This document shows, one piece after another, positions 10,276 through 20,726 of a DNA stretch of 64,000 nucleotides. The first letter of the stretch is position 1. Each line of letters begins with the position of its first letter. The stretch is from Abditibacterium sp. GTDB taxonomy: Bacteria; Armatimonadota; Abditibacteriia; Abditibacteriales; Abditibacteriaceae. The notes beneath the pieces are model-generated. The model was not told the origin of the DNA. It saw only the letters and a program-made list of their open reading frames with translations, and did no database searches. The translations under genes and the position numbers were made by a program. The stretch spans positions 2,720,001-2,784,000 of the forward strand of contig CBDASK010000003.1 of NCBI GenBank assembly GCA_965199495.1, read 5' to 3'.

Positions 10276-10773
10276 ATGTTTATCAACGAGCAATATACCT
10301 TTCATTTCGTGTGTCTTGCGTGTCGCCGCTCGATTAAACGTGCGGCGAATATTCGTTGGGCTTCGCAAATGCGCGGCGAAGTCTGGAATACGCCTTCGAT
10401 TCGTTGTGGGCAGTGTGGCGAAGAATTGTTGTGTATGGGACGCAAATTCGCGGCGCCCAAACGCCGCGATGACGCGGGTTGGAAAAAATTGGCGTGGATG
10501 ATCGAAAACGGTTGGCGCGGTGGCAGTTGGCCGGTTACGCCCACGATGAATTTAAATCAAGTGCGCGAAAGCTTGCGCGCCGCGCGCGAGAAACGCATCG
10601 CCGTTTGGCAACGCGTGAAAGAGGAATCTTCTTTTGAAGAAGCCAAGCGCCGCGCACGTCGCAATGCGCGCAAAACTCGCACAGGGCGCAAACGCGCGCG
10701 GCTCGAACTCAAGGCGCAACGCCAATATCAAGACGCAGTTTTGGCGCGCGTGCCAGAGCGGAAACCCGCATGA
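10276..10773 (+). CDS. Hypothetical basic protein with CxxC...CxxC zinc ribbon
   Basis: GGAGG Shine-Dalgarno; CLACRRS, CGQCG, MGRKFAAPKRRD. Confidence 0.6.
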   Translation: MFINEQYTFHFVCLACRRSIKRAANIRWASQMRGEVWNTPSIRCGQCGEELLCMGRKFAAPKRRDDAGWKKLAWMIENGWRGGSWPVTPTMNLNQVRESLRAAREKRIAVWQRVKEESSFEEAKRRARRNARKTRTGRKRARLELKAQRQYQDAVLARVPERKPA

Positions 10774-10984
10774 AATCAAACAATGTAATGACGCACAAAA
10801 AGACTGCCGTATAATCGTGTCTAACTTTAGCGCTTGAAATTGTGGTGCGTTTGGATTAACATCCAACGGGCGCCGCGCTCGTTTTTTCTAAATTTCAAGC
10901 GGAATTCCGTTCCTCTGGCGATAACGTTGCCGATGAGAAGGGTGAAAGTTTGTTTCGATAACTCCGACGGTCTTTGTTACTTTT

Positions 10985-12325
10985 ATGCGCTCTACTCGCA
11001 CCATCGTTTTTGGCTGTGCCCTGATTGCGGTGGCCCTGATTTTTTGGGTCATTCTCAGCAAAATCCGGCACTCCAACTCGCTCACTCCCGTCGCCACTCG
11101 CACGGCGATGCAGGGCGCCACCACTGTTTCTGCGCCCAGTTCCGGCCAAATCGCCGTCGCGGCAACCGATATTCCCGCTGGCTCCATCGTGACCTCCGAT
11201 ATGCTTCAGATGAAGGACTATACCGGCCCTTCGACGACCGGTTTCATCACCGATGTGGACAAGCAGGCGGCGGGCTTTATCACGCGCGTGACGCTTACCA
11301 AGGGCAGCCAGATTCGGCCCGCCGAAGATTTTATCGGCCACATTTCGCAGGTCGGCATCGCGGGCGCTTTGCGTCCCGGCACGCGCGCTCTGGTGTTGCC
11401 CCTCCCCGGCAAACCGACGCTGCACGATTTAGTCAAAATCGGCAATTCGGTGGACATCATCGCTTCGTTCGACGGGCAGGAATCGCGCACCATCGTCGAG
11501 AACGTGCGCGTGCTGGCCGTTGACGTTTTCGCCAACGATTACCCGCAGGTCAACGCGGCGATGCGCGGCGCCTACAAAGCGCCACCTTTAGGCAGCGCCG
11601 TCGCGGCGGGCAATACGGCGCCGAGCGCGCCCAGCGCTCGCACGAGCGCTGCGCCCGATTCGGAGGCGCCCTCCGAAACGCCCACGCCGACGCCCGCGCC
11701 GCAGAACCTGCCGCCGCTCGATCCGGCTTTAACGCTCGAAGTCACGCCGCAACAGGCCTCGGCAATTCAGTTGGCGCAATCGTCGGGCGCGCCGCTCGAC
11801 TTCTTGGTGCGCCCGGCGTTGCCCGGCAACCGTTCGGGCGAAATCACGCTCGTGGGCGACGACGGCACTGCGAGCGGCACCGAGGGCGTGGCTACGCCCA
11901 TCATCAATTCGGTGACCAAACGCCAGCTCGCGCCCTACGCCGAAGCCGTGAAAAATCGCGGCGCCGGTAACAACGCCAATCGCAGCGGTTCGGCGGGCGG
12001 CGACACGCGCACTGCTTCGGCGGGTTCCGGTTCGGGACGTGCCGGTGGCTCCGGTCGTTCGGCGCGCAATGCTTTCCCAGTGCCCGACTTTCCGCCCATT
12101 ACCACGACGAGTTCGCCCAGCGAGATTTTGCCCACGCCATTTGTCCCGCCGCATTCGAGCGGTAGCAATGGCAACGGGGGCAGCAACCCCGAATTGGGGG
12201 GCGGCGCGAGCAACGGTGGCAGTTCGGCGGCGCGCGGCTCTTCATCCGGCGGGACGTATCAAATTCCGATCTACTCCGATGGCGGCGTCGTGCGCACCGA
12301 GACCGTGCCGGTTCCGACCCGCTAA
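10985..12325 (+). CDS. cpaB: Flp/Tad pilus assembly protein CpaB (SAF plus RcpC domains)
   Basis: N-terminal TM segment, VAATDIPAGSI, LRPGTRA, VDIIASF, RTIVENVRVLAVD, LTLEVTPQQA. Confidence 0.85.
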   Translation: MRSTRTIVFGCALIAVALIFWVILSKIRHSNSLTPVATRTAMQGATTVSAPSSGQIAVAATDIPAGSIVTSDMLQMKDYTGPSTTGFITDVDKQAAGFITRVTLTKGSQIRPAEDFIGHISQVGIAGALRPGTRALVLPLPGKPTLHDLVKIGNSVDIIASFDGQESRTIVENVRVLAVDVFANDYPQVNAAMRGAYKAPPLGSAVAAGNTAPSAPSARTSAAPDSEAPSETPTPTPAPQNLPPLDPALTLEVTPQQASAIQLAQSSGAPLDFLVRPALPGNRSGEITLVGDDGTASGTEGVATPIINSVTKRQLAPYAEAVKNRGAGNNANRSGSAGGDTRTASAGSGSGRAGGSGRSARNAFPVPDFPPITTTSSPSEILPTPFVPPHSSGSNGNGGSNPELGGGASNGGSSAARGSSSGGTYQIPIYSDGGVVRTETVPVPTR

Positions 12326-12438
12326 AATCCGCGCCATTGGTCATTTTGTCGCGTTAGCCTGTAAGCGTTAGTCTCTAAAGTTAGCCGTAATTGTTTCGTC
12401 TGTTTGCCGTGTTGTTCGAGCGGTTGATTTTTCCAGCC

Positions 12439-15400
12439 ATGCTGAATTTTTGTTCTTCTTTTCCCGCCCCCGGTCGCATCTTTCTGCCCGGTTGCGCCTT
12501 GGCCGCCGGTCTGTTGCTCCTCGCTCCCGCCGCTCGCGCCACACCAAAACCGCCCGCAAAAGGCGCCCTTAAAGCGTCCGCCATGAAGTTGAGCGTGGGC
12601 AAAACCGCGACTTATCCGCTACCCGCCAAAGGCAGCTACACGGTCGAGTCGGGCGCTCTCAATACGGTGAGCGAACGCAAAAACGGCACGCTTTCCATTA
12701 AAGCATTGCGCCCCGGATTGGTGCGCGTGCGCTTGAAAACGCCCGGCCAAAAAGATCGCGTTATCGCGTTGCAACTGGTGGATTCTGGCGAATCATTCGC
12801 GCCGACCAGCCAGAATTTCGGCGGCCAGACAACGTTGGCCATCGCCGCCGAAATTCCCGACATCGCGCCCAATACCAAATCCGATAGCGATAAAGTCAAT
12901 CGCTTAATTTCGGCCCAAGTCGTGGCGCGCCCGGCCTCGCCCGGCGCCACGCCGCAAACGGCGCCGCTCAGTTCGCCCGCCGCTCCAACCAACGCGGCGC
13001 CCGCGATGCCCGCGACTTCGACATCGGGCACGCCGCCGATTAATCTCGGCCCGATTCCCGCCGCCGGAACCACGTCTGTCGCGCCGCCGCGCGCGGCGAC
13101 GCCCAACCCGTTTGAGTTGTTTTCGCCCGATTACGTCGGCTCGGCCAGGGGAACCGCGATACCCGCCGCAGGCACCGCCGCGACGGGCGCGCCCGTCGCT
13201 GGCGCGCCCATGACTGGGATTGCCGGAACGCCTCTCAAGGCGTTGCCGCCGCAGAATTTGCCGCCGCAAAACTTTCCGCCCGCGCAGCGCCCGCCCGCCA
13301 CAGTTACAGCCACGCCGCGCGTGCCGTCGGCGCCGCCGAAGCAAACGCGGCCCCAAACCAACATCGCGGCGCCCGCCAATTCCGCGCAACTGCCGGTTTT
13401 GCCCGCCGCGCCCGATACGGTCGCGATGAACAACGCCGCCGATGGCGGCGCGCGCATTTCTCCGGCGTTGCCGATTCCGGCGCAAAACCCGAATTTCGTG
13501 CCGCAGGTCAGTTACAAAACGACCTCCAAACTTCCAGCCAGCGTCAACCAGCTCAAGGCCAAGCAGAGCGTGGCTGTCACGCAGGGCGAGGCGCGTTTGC
13601 TGACTTTTCAGAATAACATTCTGGCGGTCTTTTTCTCCGACCCCAACGTGATGGATGCGCGCGCCATCAACGCGCGCACCATCGCCGTGACCGGCACGGG
13701 CGCCGGACAATCCACGCTCGCGGTTTTCACCGAGCGCTATCCCGGCGACGCCGTCGGTTTCGCCAGCATTTATCGCGTCGAAACCGCCGCGCGCGGCAAC
13801 GGCATGCGGGTTGTCACGCCCGACCCAGCAACCGTGGAAGCGGCATTGACGACGGCTTTGGCCGATCCGCGCGTGCGGGTTTCGGTGGTGAAGTTGCCCG
13901 AAGGCACGCTCGCCGCGCGCCTGACCGGCATCGTGCGCGACGCCGCCGAAGTGCAGGGCGCCATCACGACGGCCTCGTTTTTCGCGCCGCGCGTTTTGCC
14001 CTCGGTTTACGCCGATCCCAACGCGCCCTCGATTGACGCGGTTTTGTCGGGCGTCGTCGAAAAAGCGCCCGCCGAGCAGTTGCAGGACAATCTGCGCCGC
14101 ATCACCGGCAATTCTTCTATCGAATTAATCGCGATGCCGGGCAGCTTGGTTTTGAAAGCCGAGGCCGATTCGCAGGCCGATGCGCAACGTTTGTTAGAAT
14201 TGTTGCCCACACTCAATCAGGCGGTGATTCCGTTCGTGACGATTCGCGGCGGCGGCACGGTCGAAAGCTCGAACGTGCCGTTGTTGCAGGGCGAAGATTT
14301 GCAGCTCACCCAGAAATTGCAGGCCGTGACTGGCGTGCGCACGGTCTATGCGGTGCGCGCTTCGGGCAATAGCCTCGCGATTTATGGCACCGTCCAAGAC
14401 CGCGCGCAGTATCAGGCGGTCAAGCGTTATGGCTCGATCATCGCGCAATCGGCGGCGCCCACGGCTCAGGCTGGAACCGCGCAGGGCGGCTCGATTTTTC
14501 GTCCGCAAGGCACCGAACCCGCGCTGGCGGCCTACGATCCGACCGGTGGCTATGCGCGCCAGTTGGGCGTGCAGATGTTCGTGCGCATCACCGACCCGAC
14601 CGAATCTGTCATTCGCAACGTGACCATCGAAACCAATATCGTCGAAATCACGCGCACCAACCTCAAAAATCTGGGCGCCGAATACGGCTCGGCCACGCTG
14701 ACCAATGAAACTGTCACCGGGGGAACTTCAACGCCAGCTTTGGATGGTGCGGGCAATCCGGTCATTGGCACCAACGGCCAACCGGTATTGAATTCATTGC
14801 CCAGCACGATTGCGCGCACGATCAGCCCCGTCTTCAATGCGGGCACGCAACTGCTGGGCAATGGCTTCGCGGGCACGGGCGGCTTTAGCGCCATTGACCC
14901 GTTCCGCGCGCGCATCAACGCCGTCGCGCAAAACAACAATGCGCGCGTTTTGGCCAGCCCCAACATTCGCGCCACCGAAGGCACCGTCGCCCAGATCACC
15001 ATCGGTGGCGAGCGTCCGGTTCCCAGCGCCTCGTCGTCGTTTGGCTCTAATGCGCAGACCATCGAATTCCGTCGTTTCGGCGTGATTTTAACGATGCGCC
15101 CGACTGTCAGCGACGACAACACGATTATTCTGCAAATTCGCGCCGATGTGACGCAGCCCGATCAGACCTACGCCATCAACGTCGGCGGCGCGATTATCCC
15201 CGGCGAAAGCGTGCGCTCGATTGACACGACGCTGACGGTGCGGCCCGGCGACATCGTGGTGATGGGCGGCTTGCTGACCAACGACAAGCGCCAGCAAACC
15301 TCGAAAGTGCCGATTTTGGGCGACCTACCGATCATCGGTTCGCTGTTCCGCTCGCGCCGTTTTGAGAACAACGAAACCGAACTGGCGATTTTCATGTCGC

Positions 15401-15534
15401 CGCGCATTGATGCCGTGCCCGCCACGATGGACACGATGGAAATCGGCAATCGCATCCCGTCGTTCCCGGCGCTACCGGGCCGTCAGGAAAGCAACAACAC
15501 GTTGATTTCGGCGCCGCCGCGTCAGGCCGGTTAA
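12439..15534 (+). CDS. cpaC: Tad/type II-III secretin (CpaC/RcpA-like) with long Pro/Ala-rich N-terminus
   Basis: Signal peptide; ARVLASPNI, GGERPVP, IEFRRFGVILTMRP, MGGLL, KVPILGDLPIIGSLFRS, ETELAIFMSP. Confidence 0.85.
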   Translation: MLNFCSSFPAPGRIFLPGCALAAGLLLLAPAARATPKPPAKGALKASAMKLSVGKTATYPLPAKGSYTVESGALNTVSERKNGTLSIKALRPGLVRVRLKTPGQKDRVIALQLVDSGESFAPTSQNFGGQTTLAIAAEIPDIAPNTKSDSDKVNRLISAQVVARPASPGATPQTAPLSSPAAPTNAAPAMPATSTSGTPPINLGPIPAAGTTSVAPPRAATPNPFELFSPDYVGSARGTAIPAAGTAATGAPVAGAPMTGIAGTPLKALPPQNLPPQNFPPAQRPPATVTATPRVPSAPPKQTRPQTNIAAPANSAQLPVLPAAPDTVAMNNAADGGARISPALPIPAQNPNFVPQVSYKTTSKLPASVNQLKAKQSVAVTQGEARLLTFQNNILAVFFSDPNVMDARAINARTIAVTGTGAGQSTLAVFTERYPGDAVGFASIYRVETAARGNGMRVVTPDPATVEAALTTALADPRVRVSVVKLPEGTLAARLTGIVRDAAEVQGAITTASFFAPRVLPSVYADPNAPSIDAVLSGVVEKAPAEQLQDNLRRITGNSSIELIAMPGSLVLKAEADSQADAQRLLELLPTLNQAVIPFVTIRGGGTVESSNVPLLQGEDLQLTQKLQAVTGVRTVYAVRASGNSLAIYGTVQDRAQYQAVKRYGSIIAQSAAPTAQAGTAQGGSIFRPQGTEPALAAYDPTGGYARQLGVQMFVRITDPTESVIRNVTIETNIVEITRTNLKNLGAEYGSATLTNETVTGGTSTPALDGAGNPVIGTNGQPVLNSLPSTIARTISPVFNAGTQLLGNGFAGTGGFSAIDPFRARINAVAQNNNARVLASPNIRATEGTVAQITIGGERPVPSASSSFGSNAQTIEFRRFGVILTMRPTVSDDNTIILQIRADVTQPDQTYAINVGGAIIPGESVRSIDTTLTVRPGDIVVMGGLLTNDKRQQTSKVPILGDLPIIGSLFRSRRFENNETELAIFMSPRIDAVPATMDTMEIGNRIPSFPALPGRQESNNTLISAPPRQAG

Positions 15535-15550
15535 GTGAAATCGGCGCTGT

Positions 15551-15592
15551 AAACCACAAAAAGAGCGGCAAATGCCGCTCTTTTTGTGGTTT
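15551..15592 (+). terminator. Intrinsic terminator, probably bidirectional
   Basis: AAACCACAAAAAGAGCGGCA / TGCCGCTCTTTTTGTGGTTT hairpin after the secretin stop. Confidence 0.8.
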
Positions 15593-15718
15593 AAGTCGGG
15601 CTAACTACGGCAAGCGTGCGGCACCCCGGCGCGCACGAGACGTTTTTATGGATTAACTTCTCGCGCGGCCCTCGGCACAGCTTCTCAAATCCTGCTCTGG
15701 CGCGCGAGTTAATCTTTT

Positions 15719-16585
15719 ATGTTACGCGGAATTTTTCAAAAGATGGGCGGCTTGGTCGGGCGCAAACTCGACGCGGATTTGCTCGATGAATGGGAAGAAC
15801 AACTCATTTTGTCTGACGTGTCGGTCGAGACAGCCACGGCGTTGGTGGACGAACTGCGCGACGCCGCGCGCAGTGGCAAAACCCCGACCGACGAAGCCGC
15901 GCAAAACTGGCTCAAGGGCCGCGTCATCGAACTGCTCGGCCCCGATACCGCGCCGCTTCAATTCAACGCCAACGGTTTGACGGTGTGGCTGTTTATTGGC
16001 GTGAATGGCGTGGGCAAAACCACTTCGATTGGCAAAATGGCGCATCGTCTGGTCGAAGAAGGCCACAAACCATTGCTGGCGGCGGGCGATACTTTTCGCG
16101 CCGCCGCGTCGGAACAATTGGCCGAATGGGGCCGCCGCGCGGGTGTTCCCGTCGTGAGCGGCCAACAGGGCGCTGACCCCGCCGCCGTGGTTTTCGATGC
16201 TTTGAGCGCGGCCCGTGCTCGTGGCTGCAATATCGTGCTGGTTGATACGGCGGGCCGACTGCACAACAAAACCAATTTAATGAACGAATTGGGCAAAATC
16301 GCGCGCATCATCGAGCGCGAAACCGGCCACGCGCCCGCCGAATCGCTGCTGGTTTTGGACGCAACAACCGGCCAAAACGGATTAGTTCAAGCGCGCGCCT
16401 TTGCGCAAACGGCCCCGCTCACGGGACTAATTTTGACCAAATGGGATGGCACGGCCAAAGGCGGCATCGTTTTGACGGTCGCCCGCGAAGTTGGCGTGCC
16501 GGTGAAGTTATTGGGCGTCGGCGAAAAAGCCGATGAAATCTGCGATTTCGACGCGCGCGAGTGGACGGAAACGATGTTTAGCTGA
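15719..16585 (+). CDS. ftsY: SRP receptor FtsY
   Basis: GVNGVGKTTSIGK, DTFRAAA, DTAGRLHNK.NLM.EL, DATTGQN, TKWDGTAKGG. Confidence 0.95.
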   Translation: MLRGIFQKMGGLVGRKLDADLLDEWEEQLILSDVSVETATALVDELRDAARSGKTPTDEAAQNWLKGRVIELLGPDTAPLQFNANGLTVWLFIGVNGVGKTTSIGKMAHRLVEEGHKPLLAAGDTFRAAASEQLAEWGRRAGVPVVSGQQGADPAAVVFDALSAARARGCNIVLVDTAGRLHNKTNLMNELGKIARIIERETGHAPAESLLVLDATTGQNGLVQARAFAQTAPLTGLILTKWDGTAKGGIVLTVAREVGVPVKLLGVGEKADEICDFDAREWTETMFS

Positions 16586-16595
16586 ACAAACTATT

Positions 16596-16856
16596 ATGTG
16601 GAACCGACCTCTTTTTAGAAACGGCGTGATTTACGGCTTAGCTGGAGTTCTGCTCTTTCGTTTAGGCACAGCCGCGACGATCTACTTCTTCACGACATTA
16701 CCGCAACGCTCTGGCTCAAAACCAGTGGAGCCTCCCACAATTTTGATATTGTTGATCATCGGATTTTTCCTGATGGCGCTGGGAGGAACAATCGCGATTG
16801 TGGCGAGTCTAATTATTGGCGATAAGAGCGAACGTGAAATTTCAAAACTGCGCTAA
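16596..16856 (+). CDS. Small two-TM membrane protein
   Basis: Two hydrophobic stretches; ATG 10 nt after the ftsY stop. Confidence 0.55.
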   Translation: MWNRPLFRNGVIYGLAGVLLFRLGTAATIYFFTTLPQRSGSKPVEPPTILILLIIGFFLMALGGTIAIVASLIIGDKSEREISKLR

Positions 16857-16939
16857 CTTGCGATTTCGACGCGCGGATGGAAAAGATACTTAGCCAAAAA
16901 CTCTTTCGGCACAGCGCGGCGGCTGTCAAAATTGAAGGG

Positions 16940-19249
16940 ATGACTTCGCCCGCGCCCTCCATTCTTCTCGAAATTCAACACGACCAAAACGGACGCATTT
17001 ATTCGCACGTCCGCCAGAAATATCTCGTCGAAACGCCCGAAGAGCGCGTGCGCCAGGAATATCTGCTCGTTTTGCACAACGAATACGGTTATGCGCTCGA
17101 CCAGATTGATGAAGAAGTTGACCCGAATCAGAGCGGCAAACAGCGCGGAACCGCGCAGGCGCGCGCCGACTTCGCGATTTATCGGAGCGCCGCCGACAAG
17201 AACGGCGACGCCACGCCGCTTGTGATCGTCGAGTGCAAATCCGATAACGTCACCATCCGCGAAACCGATTATCAGCAGGGCGAAAACTATGCGCGCCTCA
17301 ACGAAGCGCCGTTTTTCGTGACGCACAATTCCAAAGAAACGCGCTTTTGGAAAGTTCTTAAAGACAAGCGGCCCGGCTATCGTCTGGAAATCTCCGACAT
17401 TCCGCACGCGCACGATTCGCAAAAAGAGATTGACGCGCTTCTAACCAAACTCAAAACCTTCAAAGAAGACGATTTCGCGTCGCTCTTGCACAAATGCCAC
17501 AACATCATTCGCAACCGCGACCATCTCGATCCGGCGGCGGCGTTTGATGAAATCGCCAAAATTCTTTTCGTCAAAGTGTGGGTCGAACGCGATATGCGCG
17601 CCAAAAAATTGCGTCTCAATCGCTTCACCACCGATTACATGGACAGCTTGCCCGGTCACGCGCCGCTCGATTTGCTGTTTACCGAAACCCGCAATTCCTA
17701 CAAAGGCGCGCACATTTTCCGCGACGACGAAAAGATCAATCTCAAAGCCGAAACGGGCCGCGCCATCGTCAAGGAACTGGAGGTTTACAATCTTTCCGAT
17801 ACTTCGGAAGATATTAAAGGCATCGCGTTTGAGCGGTTTCTGGGGCGCACATTCAGGGGCGAAATCGGCCAGTTTTTCACGCCGCGCTCGATTGTCGAAT
17901 TTATGATTCGCATGATTGACCCGCGCAAAGACGACATTATTTGCGATCCGGCGTCGGGTTCGGGCGGCTTTTTGATTCGCTTTTTCGAGATGGTGCGCCA
18001 ACAACAATTGGCGCAGGCCGACGCGCGTTATGCCGATTTCAAAGCGAAGGTCGAAGCCGACGTGGCTCTTAATGACGAGACGCGCGGCGCCCAACTGCGC
18101 GAGGAATATCGGGCGATTCAAATTCATCTGAAACAGCAGTTGGATCGTTTGGCCAACCACCAGATTTTCGGCACCGACGCCAATGACCGCATGGCGCGCA
18201 CCTCGAAAATGAACATGATTATGCACGGCGACGGACACGCCGGAGTGCATCACCGCAACGGATTTCTCAACGTCAACGGCATCTTCGAGGGCCGTTTTTC
18301 GGTGATTCTGACCAATCCGCCGTTTGGTTCGAGCGTCGAGGAAACCGACCGCGTGCCCGTCGAACCGATGGATCGCGAGGTCGAAGACCGCTACATCCAA
18401 CTCTACGGCAAACCCTACGAAGACGAACTGGCGCGCCAACGTAGCCACGCCGCCAGAGGCCCGAAAGATTCGGCGATTGCCAAAATGTTCGATCTGGGAC
18501 AGCGCGGCACCAAAATCAAAACCGAAATCCTGTTTATCGAACGCTGTCTGCGCTTGCTCCAGCCGGGCGGACGCTTGGGCATCGTGTTGCCCGAAGGCAT
18601 TTTTAACAATCCCTCGCTCGATTATGTGCGCGAGTATTGCGAAGACCGCGCGCAAATTTTGGCGGTCGTGTCGCTGCCGACCGAAGCCTTTGTCGCGTCG
18701 GGCGCCAGCGTCAAAACTTCGCTGCTTTTCCTGAAGAAGTTCACCGACGCCGAAAAACTCGATTACGACACGCAATTGCATCAGACGCGCTTGGAGATTC
18801 GCGGCAAACATCAAAGCCGCGTTGACCAAATGAACGCCGAATTTGACGCGCGCATTTTGGCCGCGCGCCAAACCAAAAACATGGGCGAGCGCAAACTCGC
18901 TGAATCCGAGCAGCGCGCGTTCAAGAAAGCTGAAGCCGCGCGGCAGGAGATCGAAACGCGCGCGCTTCACAAAGAACGTTTCGCTTATAACGTGTTTTTA
19001 TACGAAGCTCAAAACGTCGGTATCACCGCGACGGGCGACGACGATTGGAACGAACTGTTGCCCGCCAATGACGAAGCCAATCCGCGCGGTTTGCCGTCCG
19101 GTGTCACGGTTTCGACGTTGGAAATGTATCGTCTTTTCCGCGACGATGCGCCCGCCTTCGCCGCCGCGATGCAAGCGCAAATCGAAGCGCAAGCCGCCGA
19201 AACAGACGACGAAGACGAGTCCAACGCCGAAGAAGAGGAGGGCGCATGA
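16940..19249 (+). CDS. Fused restriction endonuclease (HsdR_N-like) / N6-adenine methyltransferase (type IIB/IIG-like)
   Basis: ETPEERVRQ, RADFAIY, IVECK, Q..NYA; GQFFTPR, DPASGSGGFL, TNPPFG, IVLPEG. Confidence 0.9.
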   Translation: MTSPAPSILLEIQHDQNGRIYSHVRQKYLVETPEERVRQEYLLVLHNEYGYALDQIDEEVDPNQSGKQRGTAQARADFAIYRSAADKNGDATPLVIVECKSDNVTIRETDYQQGENYARLNEAPFFVTHNSKETRFWKVLKDKRPGYRLEISDIPHAHDSQKEIDALLTKLKTFKEDDFASLLHKCHNIIRNRDHLDPAAAFDEIAKILFVKVWVERDMRAKKLRLNRFTTDYMDSLPGHAPLDLLFTETRNSYKGAHIFRDDEKINLKAETGRAIVKELEVYNLSDTSEDIKGIAFERFLGRTFRGEIGQFFTPRSIVEFMIRMIDPRKDDIICDPASGSGGFLIRFFEMVRQQQLAQADARYADFKAKVEADVALNDETRGAQLREEYRAIQIHLKQQLDRLANHQIFGTDANDRMARTSKMNMIMHGDGHAGVHHRNGFLNVNGIFEGRFSVILTNPPFGSSVEETDRVPVEPMDREVEDRYIQLYGKPYEDELARQRSHAARGPKDSAIAKMFDLGQRGTKIKTEILFIERCLRLLQPGGRLGIVLPEGIFNNPSLDYVREYCEDRAQILAVVSLPTEAFVASGASVKTSLLFLKKFTDAEKLDYDTQLHQTRLEIRGKHQSRVDQMNAEFDARILAARQTKNMGERKLAESEQRAFKKAEAARQEIETRALHKERFAYNVFLYEAQNVGITATGDDDWNELLPANDEANPRGLPSGVTVSTLEMYRLFRDDAPAFAAAMQAQIEAQAAETDDEDESNAEEEEGA

Positions 19250-20598
19250 GCAACTGGAATCGCGTCGTTATCGTAGCCTCGAATGAGATGCAGAATTGGA
19301 GCGTTAGCGCCATTCCTAAAGTGAAGTGGAATTGGCCAGCAGAATATATTTTGCCTATGGGAACGGCGTTTCAACGATGCCTCAAAGAGGTTCCGCGCAA
19401 ACAATACGGCAATCCAGATTTGCGCCTTATCACTATCAAGTTTGATGGTTCGATACATTTGCGCACGGCGGACACACGAAATTTTAAAGGCGCTCTTTTT
19501 TATGCTCGCCCCGGCGACGTTGTGTATTCGAGAATTGACGCGCGAAATGGCGCGATTGGAATTGTGACTGACCGAATCGGCACAGCAGCCGTGAGTGGCG
19601 AGTTTCCGGTTTACCGCATAAAAGAAGAGGTTGCGACAGCCAAATTTATCTTTTTGCTTTTTCGCTCTCATCCTTTTCGCAAAACCATTAACGCGTTAAT
19701 TAGCGGGACAAGCGGGCGAAAAAGAGTGCAACCGCATCTATTGGAATCTATTAATGTTCCGCTTCCGCCGCTCGCAATTCAAGCGCAAATCGTGGCCGAT
19801 TGGGAAATCGCCGAACGCCAATATCGCGCGGGTTTGGCGTCGCTCGCGCAGCGCGAAGCCGATAATGACGCGCAATTTCTGGCCGCGTTGGGTTTGCAAT
19901 CGCCTAAACCCGCGCCGCCCACGCGCTGTCTGTCGGTCGCATGGAAAGAGATGGAGCGTTGGAGTAAGTCGGCGACAGAAATTCTCGCGCAAATCAATTT
20001 GAAAGATTGTTTATTCCCAATTGTGTCCGTTGAAGAATGCGTTCATGAAATTCGGCATGGTTGCTCTGATAGTCCTCCCAAATGGAAAACCGATTTGGAA
20101 ACTCTGAAAATTAGCGCCGTTACCAAAGGTTTCTTCAAACCTGACGAACGAAAATCTGCTGTCGATTCCGCCAGAAACCGACGAGACTTTGACCTAAAGC
20201 AAGGAGATGTTTTGATGTGCCGCACTAATGGCACATTGCGTTATGTGGGAATGTCGGCGCTGGTCGCAGAAGATTTTGACAACCTGATTTTTCCCGATAA
20301 AGTAATTCGTCTGCGAGTCAAAAACAACCTTTTGCCGGAGTATCTTTGGAAAGTGTTACAAACGCCGGTTCTGCGAACACAAATTGAAAGCATGGCCCGA
20401 ACTTCGGTTGGCAATTACGCCATTGGAAGCCAAGAAATTTGGCAGTTCAAAATTCCCCTGCCGCCGCTCGAAGTCCAGCGCGCGTTGATGGAAACAATGG
20501 CGGCGCAACGCGCGCACATCGCGAGCGAACACGCCGCGCTCGACGCAAACTTTGCCGACGCTAAAATGCGGCTCGAACGCGCTTTGCTGGGCGCATAA
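19246..20598 (+). CDS. hsdS: R-M specificity subunit (two target recognition domains)
   Basis: ATGA overlap with the methyltransferase gene; repeated [13 protein letters not shown] / [20 protein letters not shown] / GDVLMCR. Confidence 0.85.
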   Translation: MSNWNRVVIVASNEMQNWSVSAIPKVKWNWPAEYILPMGTAFQRCLKEVPRKQYGNPDLRLITIKFDGSIHLRTADTRNFKGALFYARPGDVVYSRIDARNGAIGIVTDRIGTAAVSGEFPVYRIKEEVATAKFIFLLFRSHPFRKTINALISGTSGRKRVQPHLLESINVPLPPLAIQAQIVADWEIAERQYRAGLASLAQREADNDAQFLAALGLQSPKPAPPTRCLSVAWKEMERWSKSATEILAQINLKDCLFPIVSVEECVHEIRHGCSDSPPKWKTDLETLKISAVTKGFFKPDERKSAVDSARNRRDFDLKQGDVLMCRTNGTLRYVGMSALVAEDFDNLIFPDKVIRLRVKNNLLPEYLWKVLQTPVLRTQIESMARTSVGNYAIGSQEIWQFKIPLPPLEVQRALMETMAAQRAHIASEHAALDANFADAKMRLERALLGA

Positions 20599-20726
20599 GC
20601 AGCCACGCCGTGCGAAACACTCGTTCGGCGTGGCTGCTTGCGAGCGGCGTTTGCGTCTCACCTATTGACGTGTCGCTATCGGCGACATATCCTCAAAACG
20701 TGTCGCTAAAAACCGAAAACGTAAAC

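Noticed and set aside
11560..13500. Pro/Ala/Gly-rich low-complexity tracts in cpaB and cpaC as repeat elements
   Set aside because: They are in-frame disordered linkers with no discrete DNA repeat unit.
17441..18970. 509-aa antisense ORF and similar shadows (4293-5153, 27346-28365, 44841-45725, 60574-61602)
   Set aside because: They lie opposite well-supported genes and have no motifs; expected in GC-rich DNA.
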